Shown: in pieces, positions 1 to 7,953 of the stretch
Numbering within the stretch: position 1 is the first letter of the stretch
How the letters are laid out: each line of letters opens with the position of its first letter
Virus record (IMG/VR): IMGVR_UViG_3300048854_000106
Location: 187 to 64,186 of that record
Length of the DNA stretch: 64,000 bases
Direction: 5' to 3' (one strand)
Source: a virus
Lineage: Duplodnaviria > Caudoviricetes
Translations under genes and position numbers: made by a program
The notes under the pieces: model-generated
Seen by the model: the letters and a program-made list of their open reading frames with translations, nothing else
The model's database searches: none
Told to the model about the DNA's origin: nothing

Positions 1-314
1 CCGCCCTTGAGATGGATAAGGAATTCGACATCGACTGGTTCGGCCTTGTGGGAACGGTGCACGACGCGGTGTTGATCGAGGTGCGCGAGGATATGGTGGA
101 ACATGTCTATCGACGTGGGCTACAAATTATGTCACGTCCTAAGTTGTTGAAGAAATTTGGTATCAAGCTCGGTGTTCCGATTGAGGCTGAAGCAAAGATT
201 GGTCCATGGGCTGCAGGAAAAGGAATTGAGAAATGGCTGGAAGCAAATCCCCAAAAGAAGCACGCAGCGAACGAAAACTCAAAGACGAGACGAAAGGACC
301 GACTGGCCGCGTAG
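1..314 (+). CDS. polA: DNA polymerase family A, C-terminal part (5' part lies at 61791-64000)
   Basis: Motif C-like GTVHDAVLIE and terminal VPIEAEAKIGPW; frame open from the window start; complements the polymerase ORF that runs off the right end. Confidence 0.85.
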   Translation, partial: ALEMDKEFDIDWFGLVGTVHDAVLIEVREDMVEHVYRRGLQIMSRPKLLKKFGIKLGVPIEAEAKIGPWAAGKGIEKWLEANPQKKHAANENSKTRRKDRLAA

Positions 315-1366
315 TCACTGTCGGCGACAACAGCGGTCCTTCCCACAACCACTCGATCCTGGTCGACGAGGCTACGGGCTTCATCAATGTCAGTCAGTCG
401 AAGGTTCGCGCTTGGCGTCAGTGCCGTCGGCAGTTCCACAACAAGTTCGAGCGCGGGCTGCAGCGCAAGAAGATCAAGCGTCCGTTCATGTTTGGTCGCA
501 TCGCGCACGAGATGATCGAGGCGAGCTATAAAGGCAAGAAGCCATTTAAGCTGCTCGACAAGATCGACCTCGACAACAAGAAATTGTTCCGTCGTGAGAT
601 CGAGATGTATGGTAACATCATCGAAGACATGAAGGACATCATGACCGACTACTTTGATTACTGGGGAGACAGTGCTGTCCCGATCAAAGGACCGGACGGT
701 GAGATGGCGGAACACGAATTCCGCATCGAGCTGCAGAAAGGCCTATGGTTCACCGGCAAGATCGACGCTATCGCGAAAGCGAAGAAGATGCGTTGGCTCG
801 TCGAACATAAGACGTTCGCGCGTATGCCTAGCGAAGATGAGCGCTGGCGCAACGTGCAGTCGGCTGTGTACTTCAAGGCGTTGTATGAACTCGGGTTCAA
901 GCGCATCGACGGTGTGCTGTGGGATTACATTTCCTCAAAGCCGCCGATGTTTCCACAACAGCTGTTGCAGAGTGGGAAGTATTCACAGGCCAAGCTGAAT
1001 ACGATCCCGGCGCGTCTCGATCGTTGGATCAAGTCCGAAGGCTTGAAGAAGGCCGACTACACGAAGCTACGTACTGAGGCGATGGAGAACCGATCCAACT
1101 GGTTCATCCGAGTGTACTCGCCCGTCAAGCCTCGTGTGGTCGATGTCATCTGGGACAACTTCGTAGATACCGCGAAAGAGATCGCTGACAACCACCAGAC
1201 CAAGTCCGATATGAATATCGGCCGTCACTGTACCTGGTGCGACTATCAGCCTCTGTGCAAAGCCGAGATGACAGGTGCTGACGTCGATTGGTTGATCGAG
1301 CGTGAGTACACCACGGAGGCTCAGCGGGCTGCAATCGAACGCGGTGACGATCGATCCGAAGATTGA
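233..1366 (+). CDS. PD-(D/E)XK Cas4/RecB-like exonuclease
   Basis: SQSKVRAWRQCRRQF, FTGKIDAI, LVEHKT and C-terminal CTWC-x5-C Fe-S-type cysteines; start uncertain, overlaps the polA end. Confidence 0.8.
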   Translation: MAGSKSPKEARSERKLKDETKGPTGRVVTVGDNSGPSHNHSILVDEATGFINVSQSKVRAWRQCRRQFHNKFERGLQRKKIKRPFMFGRIAHEMIEASYKGKKPFKLLDKIDLDNKKLFRREIEMYGNIIEDMKDIMTDYFDYWGDSAVPIKGPDGEMAEHEFRIELQKGLWFTGKIDAIAKAKKMRWLVEHKTFARMPSEDERWRNVQSAVYFKALYELGFKRIDGVLWDYISSKPPMFPQQLLQSGKYSQAKLNTIPARLDRWIKSEGLKKADYTKLRTEAMENRSNWFIRVYSPVKPRVVDVIWDNFVDTAKEIADNHQTKSDMNIGRHCTWCDYQPLCKAEMTGADVDWLIEREYTTEAQRAAIERGDDRSED

Positions 1367-1418
1367 CTTGGCAACGATCTTATGATAGACGCTTTTGTTC
1401 AACCGAGGTGAATGAAAC

Positions 1419-2249
1419 ATGGCGACGACCGGCAAGAAGAGCAAAGGTGAAAGCGCACCGGGTGCGGTACCCGTTAGTGATGTCCCACACAACCACAGCA
1501 CCGCACTTTACGGTCCGAGCGGTACCGGGAAGACCACGCTCGCTGCGACCTGGCCGCTTCCGATGCTCTACCTCAACATCAATGATGACGGGACCGACAG
1601 CATCAATGACGTAGACGGAGTCGAGGTGGTCGACATCACGACGACCGAACAGCTACGCGATCTGCTGCTCTGGTGTCACGAGAAGGCGCAGAAGGGAAAG
1701 CTGAAGTACAAGTCGGTCTGTATGGACACGATCACTCAGCTTCAACAGATGTTCGTCAATGAGATGGGCGTCAACGCGAACCTCAAGAAGCACGCCAAGG
1801 ATAAGAAGCCCGGTGACTACGGGACGCTGACGAAGCAGGACTGGGGAGTCATCGCCGGCAACCTCAAGGCTGCGATTATGGATATTCGCAATCTACCTGT
1901 TGCGAGCATCTTCATTGCTCAGCAGCGGGTATTTAATCTCAACGACGAGGAAGACGATGGGATCGATCAGCTTGCTCCCGAGGTCGGTCCTCGTCTTATG
2001 CCGTCGGTGAAGGATGACCTGAACGCCAGCGTCTCCATCATCGGCAACACCTTCATCCGCATCAAGGTGAAGAAGGAAAAGGTCGACGGGAAGAACGTCA
2101 CGACCGTCAAGAAGCTTTACTGCTTGCGTGTAGGTCCGAACGAGATCTATACGACCAAGATCCGGAAGCCGAAAAGGATCACGGCTCCTGATTATATTAC
2201 TGATCCGACCTTCGACAAGATTATGGCAATCGTGAAAGGAAAGAAATAA
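1419..2249 (+). CDS. AAA-family (Sak4-like) ATPase/recombinase
   Basis: Walker A GPSGTGKTT, Walker B-like VCMDTIT; position between exonuclease and SSB. Confidence 0.75.
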   Translation: MATTGKKSKGESAPGAVPVSDVPHNHSTALYGPSGTGKTTLAATWPLPMLYLNINDDGTDSINDVDGVEVVDITTTEQLRDLLLWCHEKAQKGKLKYKSVCMDTITQLQQMFVNEMGVNANLKKHAKDKKPGDYGTLTKQDWGVIAGNLKAAIMDIRNLPVASIFIAQQRVFNLNDEEDDGIDQLAPEVGPRLMPSVKDDLNASVSIIGNTFIRIKVKKEKVDGKNVTTVKKLYCLRVGPNEIYTTKIRKPKRITAPDYITDPTFDKIMAIVKGKK

Positions 2250-3016
2250 TGGCACGTCGCAAAGCTGCAGCGGGCACTGTTCGCGTCAACTTCAAGGACG
2301 TCGAGTCCAGGAAGACGCCGGCCGAAGGCGATTACATCGTCGAGGTTCTCGAGGCCACTTCCGAGAAGGGTCCGTCGGGTGACATGATCAAGTTCACCCT
2401 CGAAGTCGCCAAGGGTGAGTTCAAGGGCAGCAAACTCTGGTTCTATTGCCCGCTCGCCGAGAACAGCCTGTGGAAGCTGCATGGTTTCCTCGAAGCGCTG
2501 GGCGAGGACGTTCCTTCGGACGAGATGGACCTCGACCTGTCCGAGCTCGTCGGCAAGCAGTGCGTCGGTATCCTGACGCATGAGACCTACAAGGGTCGCA
2601 AGCAGGCCAAGATGACCGACTTCGACTCGGTCGACAACTATTCCGGCAAGGATGGTGACGACGACAAGAAATCGAAGAAGGATAAGAAGGGCAAGAAGGA
2701 CAAGGACTCCGGCAAGGAGGAGAAGTCCGAGAAGGGCTCGAAGAAGGACAAGGAGAAGAAGTCCGACAAGAAGGACGACGCCAAGTCCGACAAGAAGTCC
2801 GACGACAAAAAGGGCAAGGACGGGAAGAAGGACAAGAAGGAGAAGGTCAAGGCCATCTACGACTCGTCCGACATCGAGGATCTCGACGAGAAGAAGCTGC
2901 AGAAGATCATCGACAAGCACGACCTGGACGTCGACCTCGACGACTTCAAGAAGCTGCCGAAGAAGGTCTCCGCGGTGACCGACGCGCTCGAGGCCGCCGG
3001 CCTGCTCAAGGACTGA
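2249..3016 (+). CDS. DUF669-type single-stranded DNA-binding protein with Lys/Asp-rich linker
   Basis: N-terminal PAEGDY...MIKFTLEV...LWKLHGFLEALG...LSELVGKQC pattern, K/D low-complexity tract, GC3-rich codons. Confidence 0.7.
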   Translation: MARRKAAAGTVRVNFKDVESRKTPAEGDYIVEVLEATSEKGPSGDMIKFTLEVAKGEFKGSKLWFYCPLAENSLWKLHGFLEALGEDVPSDEMDLDLSELVGKQCVGILTHETYKGRKQAKMTDFDSVDNYSGKDGDDDKKSKKDKKGKKDKDSGKEEKSEKGSKKDKEKKSDKKDDAKSDKKSDDKKGKDGKKDKKEKVKAIYDSSDIEDLDEKKLQKIIDKHDLDVDLDDFKKLPKKVSAVTDALEAAGLLKD

Positions 3017-3057
3017 TGGAACGCCGCTGTCATTCAGCGGTTGCTCTATTGAACGAA

Positions 3058-3088
3058 GGAGGCGGCATCTTCGGGTGTCGCCTCTTTT
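3058..3088 (+). terminator. Intrinsic terminator after SSB
   Basis: 12-bp stem GGAGGCGGCATC / GGTGTCGCCTCT with TTCG loop followed by TTT. Confidence 0.75.
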
Positions 3089-3102
3089 ACTAGGAGAAAA
3101 CT

Positions 3103-3498
3103 ATGCCCGGTATTTACATCGCGTCGAAAGCTATCCACAGGCCGAAGTGGCGCGAGCTCCGCGACAACTACGAGGTGCCGATCATCAGTCGCTGGATCGA
3201 TGTCGAAGACGGCTTGCCCGACTCGGCGATCGACTTCGACGAGCTGTGGGATAACTGCCTCGAGGACGTTGCTCGATGCGACGTGCTGATTGCTGTCGCT
3301 CAGCCCGACGAACGCCTCAAGGGCGTGATCCTGGAAATCGGTGCAGCGTTGAGTGCCGGTAAGCGTGTGTTGCTCTACGGCGACCCAGGACGTGACAACG
3401 GCACATGGCCGCAGTACCGCCATATCGAGCGTCGCATGATCAGCGCCAACGTTGACGACATCTTCACACACCTTCAAGGGGTGCGCGTCATTGGCTAA
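3103..3498 (+). CDS. Nucleoside 2-deoxyribosyltransferase / NMP N-glycosidase-like protein
   Basis: IYIAS, EDVARCDVLIA and GVILEIGAA motifs (Tyr/Asp/Glu catalytic pattern). Confidence 0.7.
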   Translation: MPGIYIASKAIHRPKWRELRDNYEVPIISRWIDVEDGLPDSAIDFDELWDNCLEDVARCDVLIAVAQPDERLKGVILEIGAALSAGKRVLLYGDPGRDNGTWPQYRHIERRMISANVDDIFTHLQGVRVIG

Positions 3499-4000
3499 GA
3501 AAGCTGAGTCCCGCCGGCAGAAGAAAATACAGACAGACTTGAAGAAGGCTGTTGGTGGGAAGTGGTGGAAGGTTCACGGATCCATGTTCCAAGAGAGCGG
3601 GATGCCTGATATAGATGGAGTCGTCGATGGCATCCCGTTCAAGTTCGAAGTCAAAGAACCTTGGGAAGGAGAACCTTCTCCTATCCAGCTTGACTGCCTC
3701 GAAGAATGGCGCAATGAAGGATGCATCGCCTGTATCGTGGAAACGTCTGCGCAAGCAATATCCCTGGTTAAAGCAGCTCAAGAAGGTACAGCGCAGGGGC
3801 GTCGAGGCCGCAAGCTCTATAAGTGGATTTGCCGCACTCTTCGAGCAGCGCACGGGAAAGACATGGGTTACGGTCGCGCTCCTCTGCGTTCTAAGAAAAA
3901 GCCTCCACGACGTTCTGCTCGTTGGGCCACTGACCAACTTAGAAAGTACCTGGGAAAAGACTATACTGGAAAAGGCACCCTGGTTCTCGGTGCACCGTAA
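3491..4000 (+). CDS. VRR-NUC domain nuclease (Holliday-junction resolvase-like)
   Basis: ESRRQKKI...GMPDIDGVVDG...FEVK...SPIQ motif; TTG start at 3491; the frame stays open over the helicase 5' end. Confidence 0.75.
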   Translation: MAKKAESRRQKKIQTDLKKAVGGKWWKVHGSMFQESGMPDIDGVVDGIPFKFEVKEPWEGEPSPIQLDCLEEWRNEGCIACIVETSAQAISLVKAAQEGTAQGRRGRKLYKWICRTLRAAHGKDMGYGRAPLRSKKKPPRRSARWATDQLRKYLGKDYTGKGTLVLGAP

Positions 4001-5183
4001 CCTGGAAGAGTATGACAAAGCAAAGAAAGCCGATCCCACAGCTCACAGGATACTGCTGCTCAATCCCGAACAAGTCACCCCGATCCGCGCCAAGCTGCAG
4101 CGACGCAAGTGGGACTTGTTTGTGTGGGATGAAGCACAACGACTGAAGAACCGTAACTCGCGATCGTCTAAGGACGCGCACATGATCGCTAAGTCTGCCG
4201 CACGTCGCCTGGCGCTCACCGGTACACCCATGGACCTCGACCCGAAGGACCTGTGGGCAATCATGCGCTTTGTCGATCGCAGTGTGCTCGGTGACGTCTG
4301 GAAAGACTTTGGTGACTACTTCCTCGAGGAACCCAAGCTCAACGTCAAGAAGCTCGGTGCTATTGCTCGACAGAAAGAGATGCTGCGGTATCAAATCGCC
4401 AAGCGTAAGTCGCCGATGAAGGCTGAGCTCATGCAAGAGTTCGCCGACCTGATCGCACCGAACGTCGGTCGTATCACGAAAGAAGACGTCGGCATCACTC
4501 GAGCTAACACGCATGACATCTTGATCGACTTGTCTGAGCGCGAAGATCGTAACTATCGCAAGCTCGAGAAAACGATGATCCACAAATACCGAGGCGTTAA
4601 AGTAAAGACGCCACTGAAGATCACAAAGATCGGAAAGCTTCAACAGATGACAGGCGGGTTCATCAAGGACGAGGACGGTGAAGTCCACAGGATCGGGCAA
4701 ACCAAGCGCCGCGCGTTTCGACGCTTGATCGAGAAGCATGCTAAGAAAGGTGAGCCGATCGCGGTGTTCTGTAAGTTTACTCATGAAGTACACATGCTCG
4801 CCGAACTGCTCGAGAACATGGGCTATCCGCGCGTATCACGTTTGTGGGGTAAGGTGAAGGATGCGAAGAACGACAAGAAACGAACTAATATGCTTCTCGC
4901 ATTTCAGCGCGGTGAGATCGATGCGATGGTTTGCCAGCAACGAACCGGCGGCGTCGGCGTCGACTTGTATCGTGCGCGTAAGTTCTTCGTCTACTCGATG
5001 GGACATTCCTTTATCGACTTCGATCAGATGCTAAGTCGTGGGGATTACATGGAACAAACTGAGTCAGCTGATTTTTTCTTCCTGATGGTTCGCCGTTCTA
5101 TTGACACGGACATCATTACCAGTGTAAGAAAGAAAAAGTCGATCACCGACACGTTCTATGGACGATTGCAGAAGGGATCATGA
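3714..5183 (+). CDS. SNF2-family superfamily 2 helicase
   Basis: EQRTGKT, VWDEAQRLKN, LALTGTP, GGVGVDL, QMLSRG motifs; start placed at ATG 3714 (uncertain). Confidence 0.85.
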   Translation: MKDASPVSWKRLRKQYPWLKQLKKVQRRGVEAASSISGFAALFEQRTGKTWVTVALLCVLRKSLHDVLLVGPLTNLESTWEKTILEKAPWFSVHRNLEEYDKAKKADPTAHRILLLNPEQVTPIRAKLQRRKWDLFVWDEAQRLKNRNSRSSKDAHMIAKSAARRLALTGTPMDLDPKDLWAIMRFVDRSVLGDVWKDFGDYFLEEPKLNVKKLGAIARQKEMLRYQIAKRKSPMKAELMQEFADLIAPNVGRITKEDVGITRANTHDILIDLSEREDRNYRKLEKTMIHKYRGVKVKTPLKITKIGKLQQMTGGFIKDEDGEVHRIGQTKRRAFRRLIEKHAKKGEPIAVFCKFTHEVHMLAELLENMGYPRVSRLWGKVKDAKNDKKRTNMLLAFQRGEIDAMVCQQRTGGVGVDLYRARKFFVYSMGHSFIDFDQMLSRGDYMEQTESADFFFLMVRRSIDTDIITSVRKKKSITDTFYGRLQKGS

Positions 5184-5539
5184 ATATGGCGAAGGACAAG
5201 AAGGCCGACAAAAAGGCCAAGGACACCGAGACGAAGACCAAGACCGAGAAGGTCGCGGCACCCGAGTTCAAGTTCGGCGTGAGCGACGTCGCCGAGAAGC
5301 TCGACCTGAAGGAAGCCTCGGTCCGCGTGCAGCTGCGCAACAAGGGCGTGCCGAAGGCCGGCAAGAGCTACGGCTGGAACACCAAGGCCGAACTGGACGA
5401 AGTGATCGCCCAGCTCAAGTCGACCGACGAGAAGCCCGCCAAGACCGGCAAGGCCAAGAAGGGCGCGAAGGACGAAGCGCCGGCCGCCGACGAGAAGACC
5501 GAGAAGAAGGCCAAGAAGGACAAGAAGTCCAAGAAGTAA
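5180..5539 (+). CDS. Small Lys-rich HTH DNA-binding protein
   Basis: VSDVAEKLDLKEASVRVQLR...KSYGW core flanked by Lys/Ala-rich tails; highly biased codons. Confidence 0.6.
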   Translation: MNMAKDKKADKKAKDTETKTKTEKVAAPEFKFGVSDVAEKLDLKEASVRVQLRNKGVPKAGKSYGWNTKAELDEVIAQLKSTDEKPAKTGKAKKGAKDEAPAADEKTEKKAKKDKKSKK

Positions 5540-5560
5540 CGCCTGGCGTTACGACCCAAC

Positions 5561-5596
5561 AGAGCGCTCGGTGCCATCGTGCACCGGGCGCTTTTT
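5561..5596 (+). terminator. Intrinsic terminator at the end of the replication operon
   Basis: Stem AGAGCGCTCGGTGC / GCACCGGGCGCTTT, 6-nt loop, T run. Confidence 0.7.
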
Positions 5597-5719
5597 GGTA
5601 GCTGCGCTAGGTCGAGCGCATACATCCCTAGCGCATCGTGATCGACACGCCTCAGCGCTGCTCAGCGCGCGCAGGATCACGCCATAACGCCGGTGACATC
5701 GAGCGTTGATGGGTACCCG

Positions 5720-5749
5720 TTGACCAAAAGCATGAATGGGAAGTATATT
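5720..5749 (+). promoter_or_regulatory. sigma70-type promoter for the winged-helix/spanin/J-domain operon
   Basis: TTGACC-N18-TATATT upstream of GGAGG RBS and ATG 5773. Confidence 0.6.
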
Positions 5750-5772
5750 GTGCCATGGGAGGCCCGCGTACC

Positions 5773-6180
5773 ATGGCAACAGAAATATCTCGTGAACAAG
5801 AGTTGGAAGAGGAGAATGAACTCCTACGCCAACAACTCGAAGCCGTGATGGGGTCGAGCAAGGAATTGGGGGTCATCATGTCGTTGGGGTTCGGCATGAC
5901 GGATCGTATGGCAAGGATACTGTTCGTCCTCGTCAAGCGTGCGCCCGCGGTGGTGTCACGTTCAACCTTCCACACACTCATCTATGGAGCTCGTGATGAC
6001 GGCGGACCAGAACCCAAGATCTTTGATGTCCACATTGGCAGACTACGCGCATGGCTTAAAAGAGTCAATGCTCCTGTGGGTGTTGGGATCGACACGATCT
6101 GGAACGCAGGATATCGAGCCAACCCGATCCTCGCAACTTGGATCAACAACCTCTATGCCGAACGCATTAAAGGAGATTGA
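5773..6180 (+). CDS. OmpR/CtrA-like winged-helix DNA-binding protein lacking a receiver domain
   Basis: IYGARDDGGPEPKIFDVHIGRLR and IDTIWNAGY resemble CtrA [21 protein letters not shown] and IETVWGRGY (recalled); N-terminal coiled coil. Confidence 0.75.
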   Translation: MATEISREQELEEENELLRQQLEAVMGSSKELGVIMSLGFGMTDRMARILFVLVKRAPAVVSRSTFHTLIYGARDDGGPEPKIFDVHIGRLRAWLKRVNAPVGVGIDTIWNAGYRANPILATWINNLYAERIKGD

Positions 6181-6632
6181 AGATGCCGGCTTTCATGTTG
6201 AAGGAACTGTTCTCGATCTTCGGACTGAAGATCAGTGGGAAGGTATTACTATATCTGTTCCTTGGGATAGCATTGATCCTTGGGTGCTGGCTTGGTTACA
6301 AGAAGATCAGAGAGCCATACGACCAGTTAGCTACTGCCCAGAAACAAATAGCCTCCTTGTCGAAAGACAAGCAGACATTGACCCAGCAGAAATCCGAGCT
6401 CGAGCAAATCAATTCTTCGAACGCTCAAAGCTATCAAGTTCAGATCGATCAGCTGAAGGCGAGTCAAGCGATCGCTCAGAACGAAGCAACAGCAACCAAG
6501 ACTCGTGACACCAAAAGCAAGGAGGTTCGTGATGCAATCAATTCTTCTCCGGCCGACGGTAAGCCTGTGTCTCCTGTCATCATTGACACTGCTAACCGCC
6601 TGTGGAACACAACAGCCGGTAACAGTCAGTGA
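6177..6632 (+). CDS. Rz: Inner-membrane spanin (Rz-like)
   Basis: N-terminal TM helix LLYLFLGIALILGCWLGY then periplasmic coiled coil; overlaps a lipoprotein gene. Confidence 0.75.
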   Translation: MKMPAFMLKELFSIFGLKISGKVLLYLFLGIALILGCWLGYKKIREPYDQLATAQKQIASLSKDKQTLTQQKSELEQINSSNAQSYQVQIDQLKASQAIAQNEATATKTRDTKSKEVRDAINSSPADGKPVSPVIIDTANRLWNTTAGNSQ

Positions 6633-6870
6633 CGTCGTGGTTCATCAGAACTATACGGTCGCGACGCCCGACCCGTCTCTTCGGACTTGCAAAGGTCGTC
6701 CACAGCCTCGTGCGCTCGACTCCGACAAGGCGGTGTCCACATTGCTCGCCGACGCCTTCGACTACGGCGACGACTGCAGCAGCAAACTCAGCTCGACGTG
6801 GAAGTCGATCGACGACGCCAAGGCGCGCGCCGACACGTTGAACGCACAGCAACAGGCGCAACCGAAATGA
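6532..6870 (+). CDS. Rz1: Outer-membrane spanin lipoprotein (Rz1-like)
   Basis: AGGAGG RBS, signal peptide ending in lipobox LTAC, Pro/Cys-containing mature part, overlapped in a different frame with Rz. Confidence 0.8.
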   Translation: MQSILLRPTVSLCLLSSLTLLTACGTQQPVTVSDVVVHQNYTVATPDPSLRTCKGRPQPRALDSDKAVSTLLADAFDYGDDCSSKLSSTWKSIDDAKARADTLNAQQQAQPK

Positions 6871-7580
6871 ACTCGCCCTATGACGTCCTAGGCGTGCGTC
6901 GCAACGCCTCGACAAAGGACATCAAAGCGGCATATCGTCGTCAGTCGCGTACTGCGCATCCTGACAGTCCCACAGGCTCGGATGAGTCGTGGCTTAAACT
7001 GCAGGATGCGTATGAGCTGCTGATCGACAAGGAACGCCGAGCTGAGTATGACAAGACGGGTAAAACCGAGAAGTCGTCAGCTACGGCGGAGAAGGTCGCC
7101 GAATTCATCAAAGGCGAGATGCGTGCGCTGATCCATGACCATGTCAAGAAGTTTGGCAAGCGTGTCTTCGATAACGATCTCGTCTGGCAGGACATCAAGA
7201 CGAAGGTGATCCATGATATCGGCGACAGCATCGCTGCTTTGACTGTGGAGCTCGATGAAGTTCGACAGGATCGTCAGCGTGCGACGTGGCTGAAGGAACG
7301 GTTTATTACCACAGATGAGTTCGATCCTGTCGGCGAACTATGCACGGAAGAGATCAACACCGCAGACTCAAAAGCTCGACGGATCGAACAATCCATCGAG
7401 TTGGCTAAGGCTGCGGTAAAGGTATTGTCCTCGTACAAGTATAAGGTCGGACCCGCAGCGGAGGGACAAAACACCGCGGACCCGACCAACCACCCTCGTC
7501 GGGCGGATGCTTTCGCTAAGCGCCTTGGCCAGGCTCTTTCTTCTCCGGGCCGGCTAGCGTATCAGAATTCGGAACAGTAG
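6867..7580 (+). CDS. J-domain (DnaJ-like) protein
   Basis: PYDVLGV...IKAAYRR...HPD...LQDAYELL...RAEYD with intact HPD; ATGA overlap with the Rz1 stop. Confidence 0.85.
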   Translation: MNSPYDVLGVRRNASTKDIKAAYRRQSRTAHPDSPTGSDESWLKLQDAYELLIDKERRAEYDKTGKTEKSSATAEKVAEFIKGEMRALIHDHVKKFGKRVFDNDLVWQDIKTKVIHDIGDSIAALTVELDEVRQDRQRATWLKERFITTDEFDPVGELCTEEINTADSKARRIEQSIELAKAAVKVLSSYKYKVGPAAEGQNTADPTNHPRRADAFAKRLGQALSSPGRLAYQNSEQ

Positions 7581-7953
7581 GAACAGTAGGAACGGAAACA
7601 ACACCGGCGGGGGTCGTGACTGTAGTCTTGTCCTGTTGGACGTCAACATGAACTCCGTCGGTTCCCGCTGATCCCCGTATCGAGATGCCCCAGTTTACCA
7701 CCATCATCCCTATGATGACCATTCCTATGATCGCCATCAAGCCGATGTTGACATGATCACGTAGGGATAGGTTCTTCAGCAATCCGGTATAACAGATCGA
7801 CATGTTCTTTGCGGGACACCACTTCTCGGGCGGCTCGAGCAGGGACAGCTGCCAGATTAGAACGCCGAGGATCGTCAGCGCCATGAGGTAGAAGAACGCG
7901 TTGCGCCAGAAGCCGACGCTCATTGTGGGAATCTTCATGATCAACCTCTCCAC
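7516..7953 (-). CDS. Putative holin (two TM segments)
   Basis: Two hydrophobic helices; directly downstream of the endolysin. Confidence 0.55.
   Translation of the reverse strand: MERLIMKIPTMSVGFWRNAFFYLMALTILGVLIWQLSLLEPPEKWCPAKNMSICYTGLLKNLSLRDHVNIGLMAIIGMVIIGMMVVNWGISIRGSAGTDGVHVDVQQDKTTVTTPAGVVSVPTVPTVPNSDTLAGPEKKEPGQGA

Noticed and set aside
233-1366. Cas4-like nuclease as a sign of a CRISPR-Cas system
   Set aside because: No repeat-spacer array or other cas genes; Cas4-like exonucleases are common in phage recombination modules next to AAA and SSB genes
339-1500. Shared HNHS tetrapeptide near the N-termini of the exonuclease and AAA proteins (possible HNH motif or repeat)
   Set aside because: Only four residues, flanks do not align and the spacing does not match an HNH nuclease; likely coincidence
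2660-2850. AAG/GAC-rich repeats as a tandem repeat or VNTR
   Set aside because: Explained by Lys/Asp codons in the SSB linker; no fixed unit
6687-6866. N-terminal extension of the J-domain ORF
   Set aside because: This part overlaps the o-spanin gene; ATG 6867 gives a canonical J-domain start with ATGA coupling
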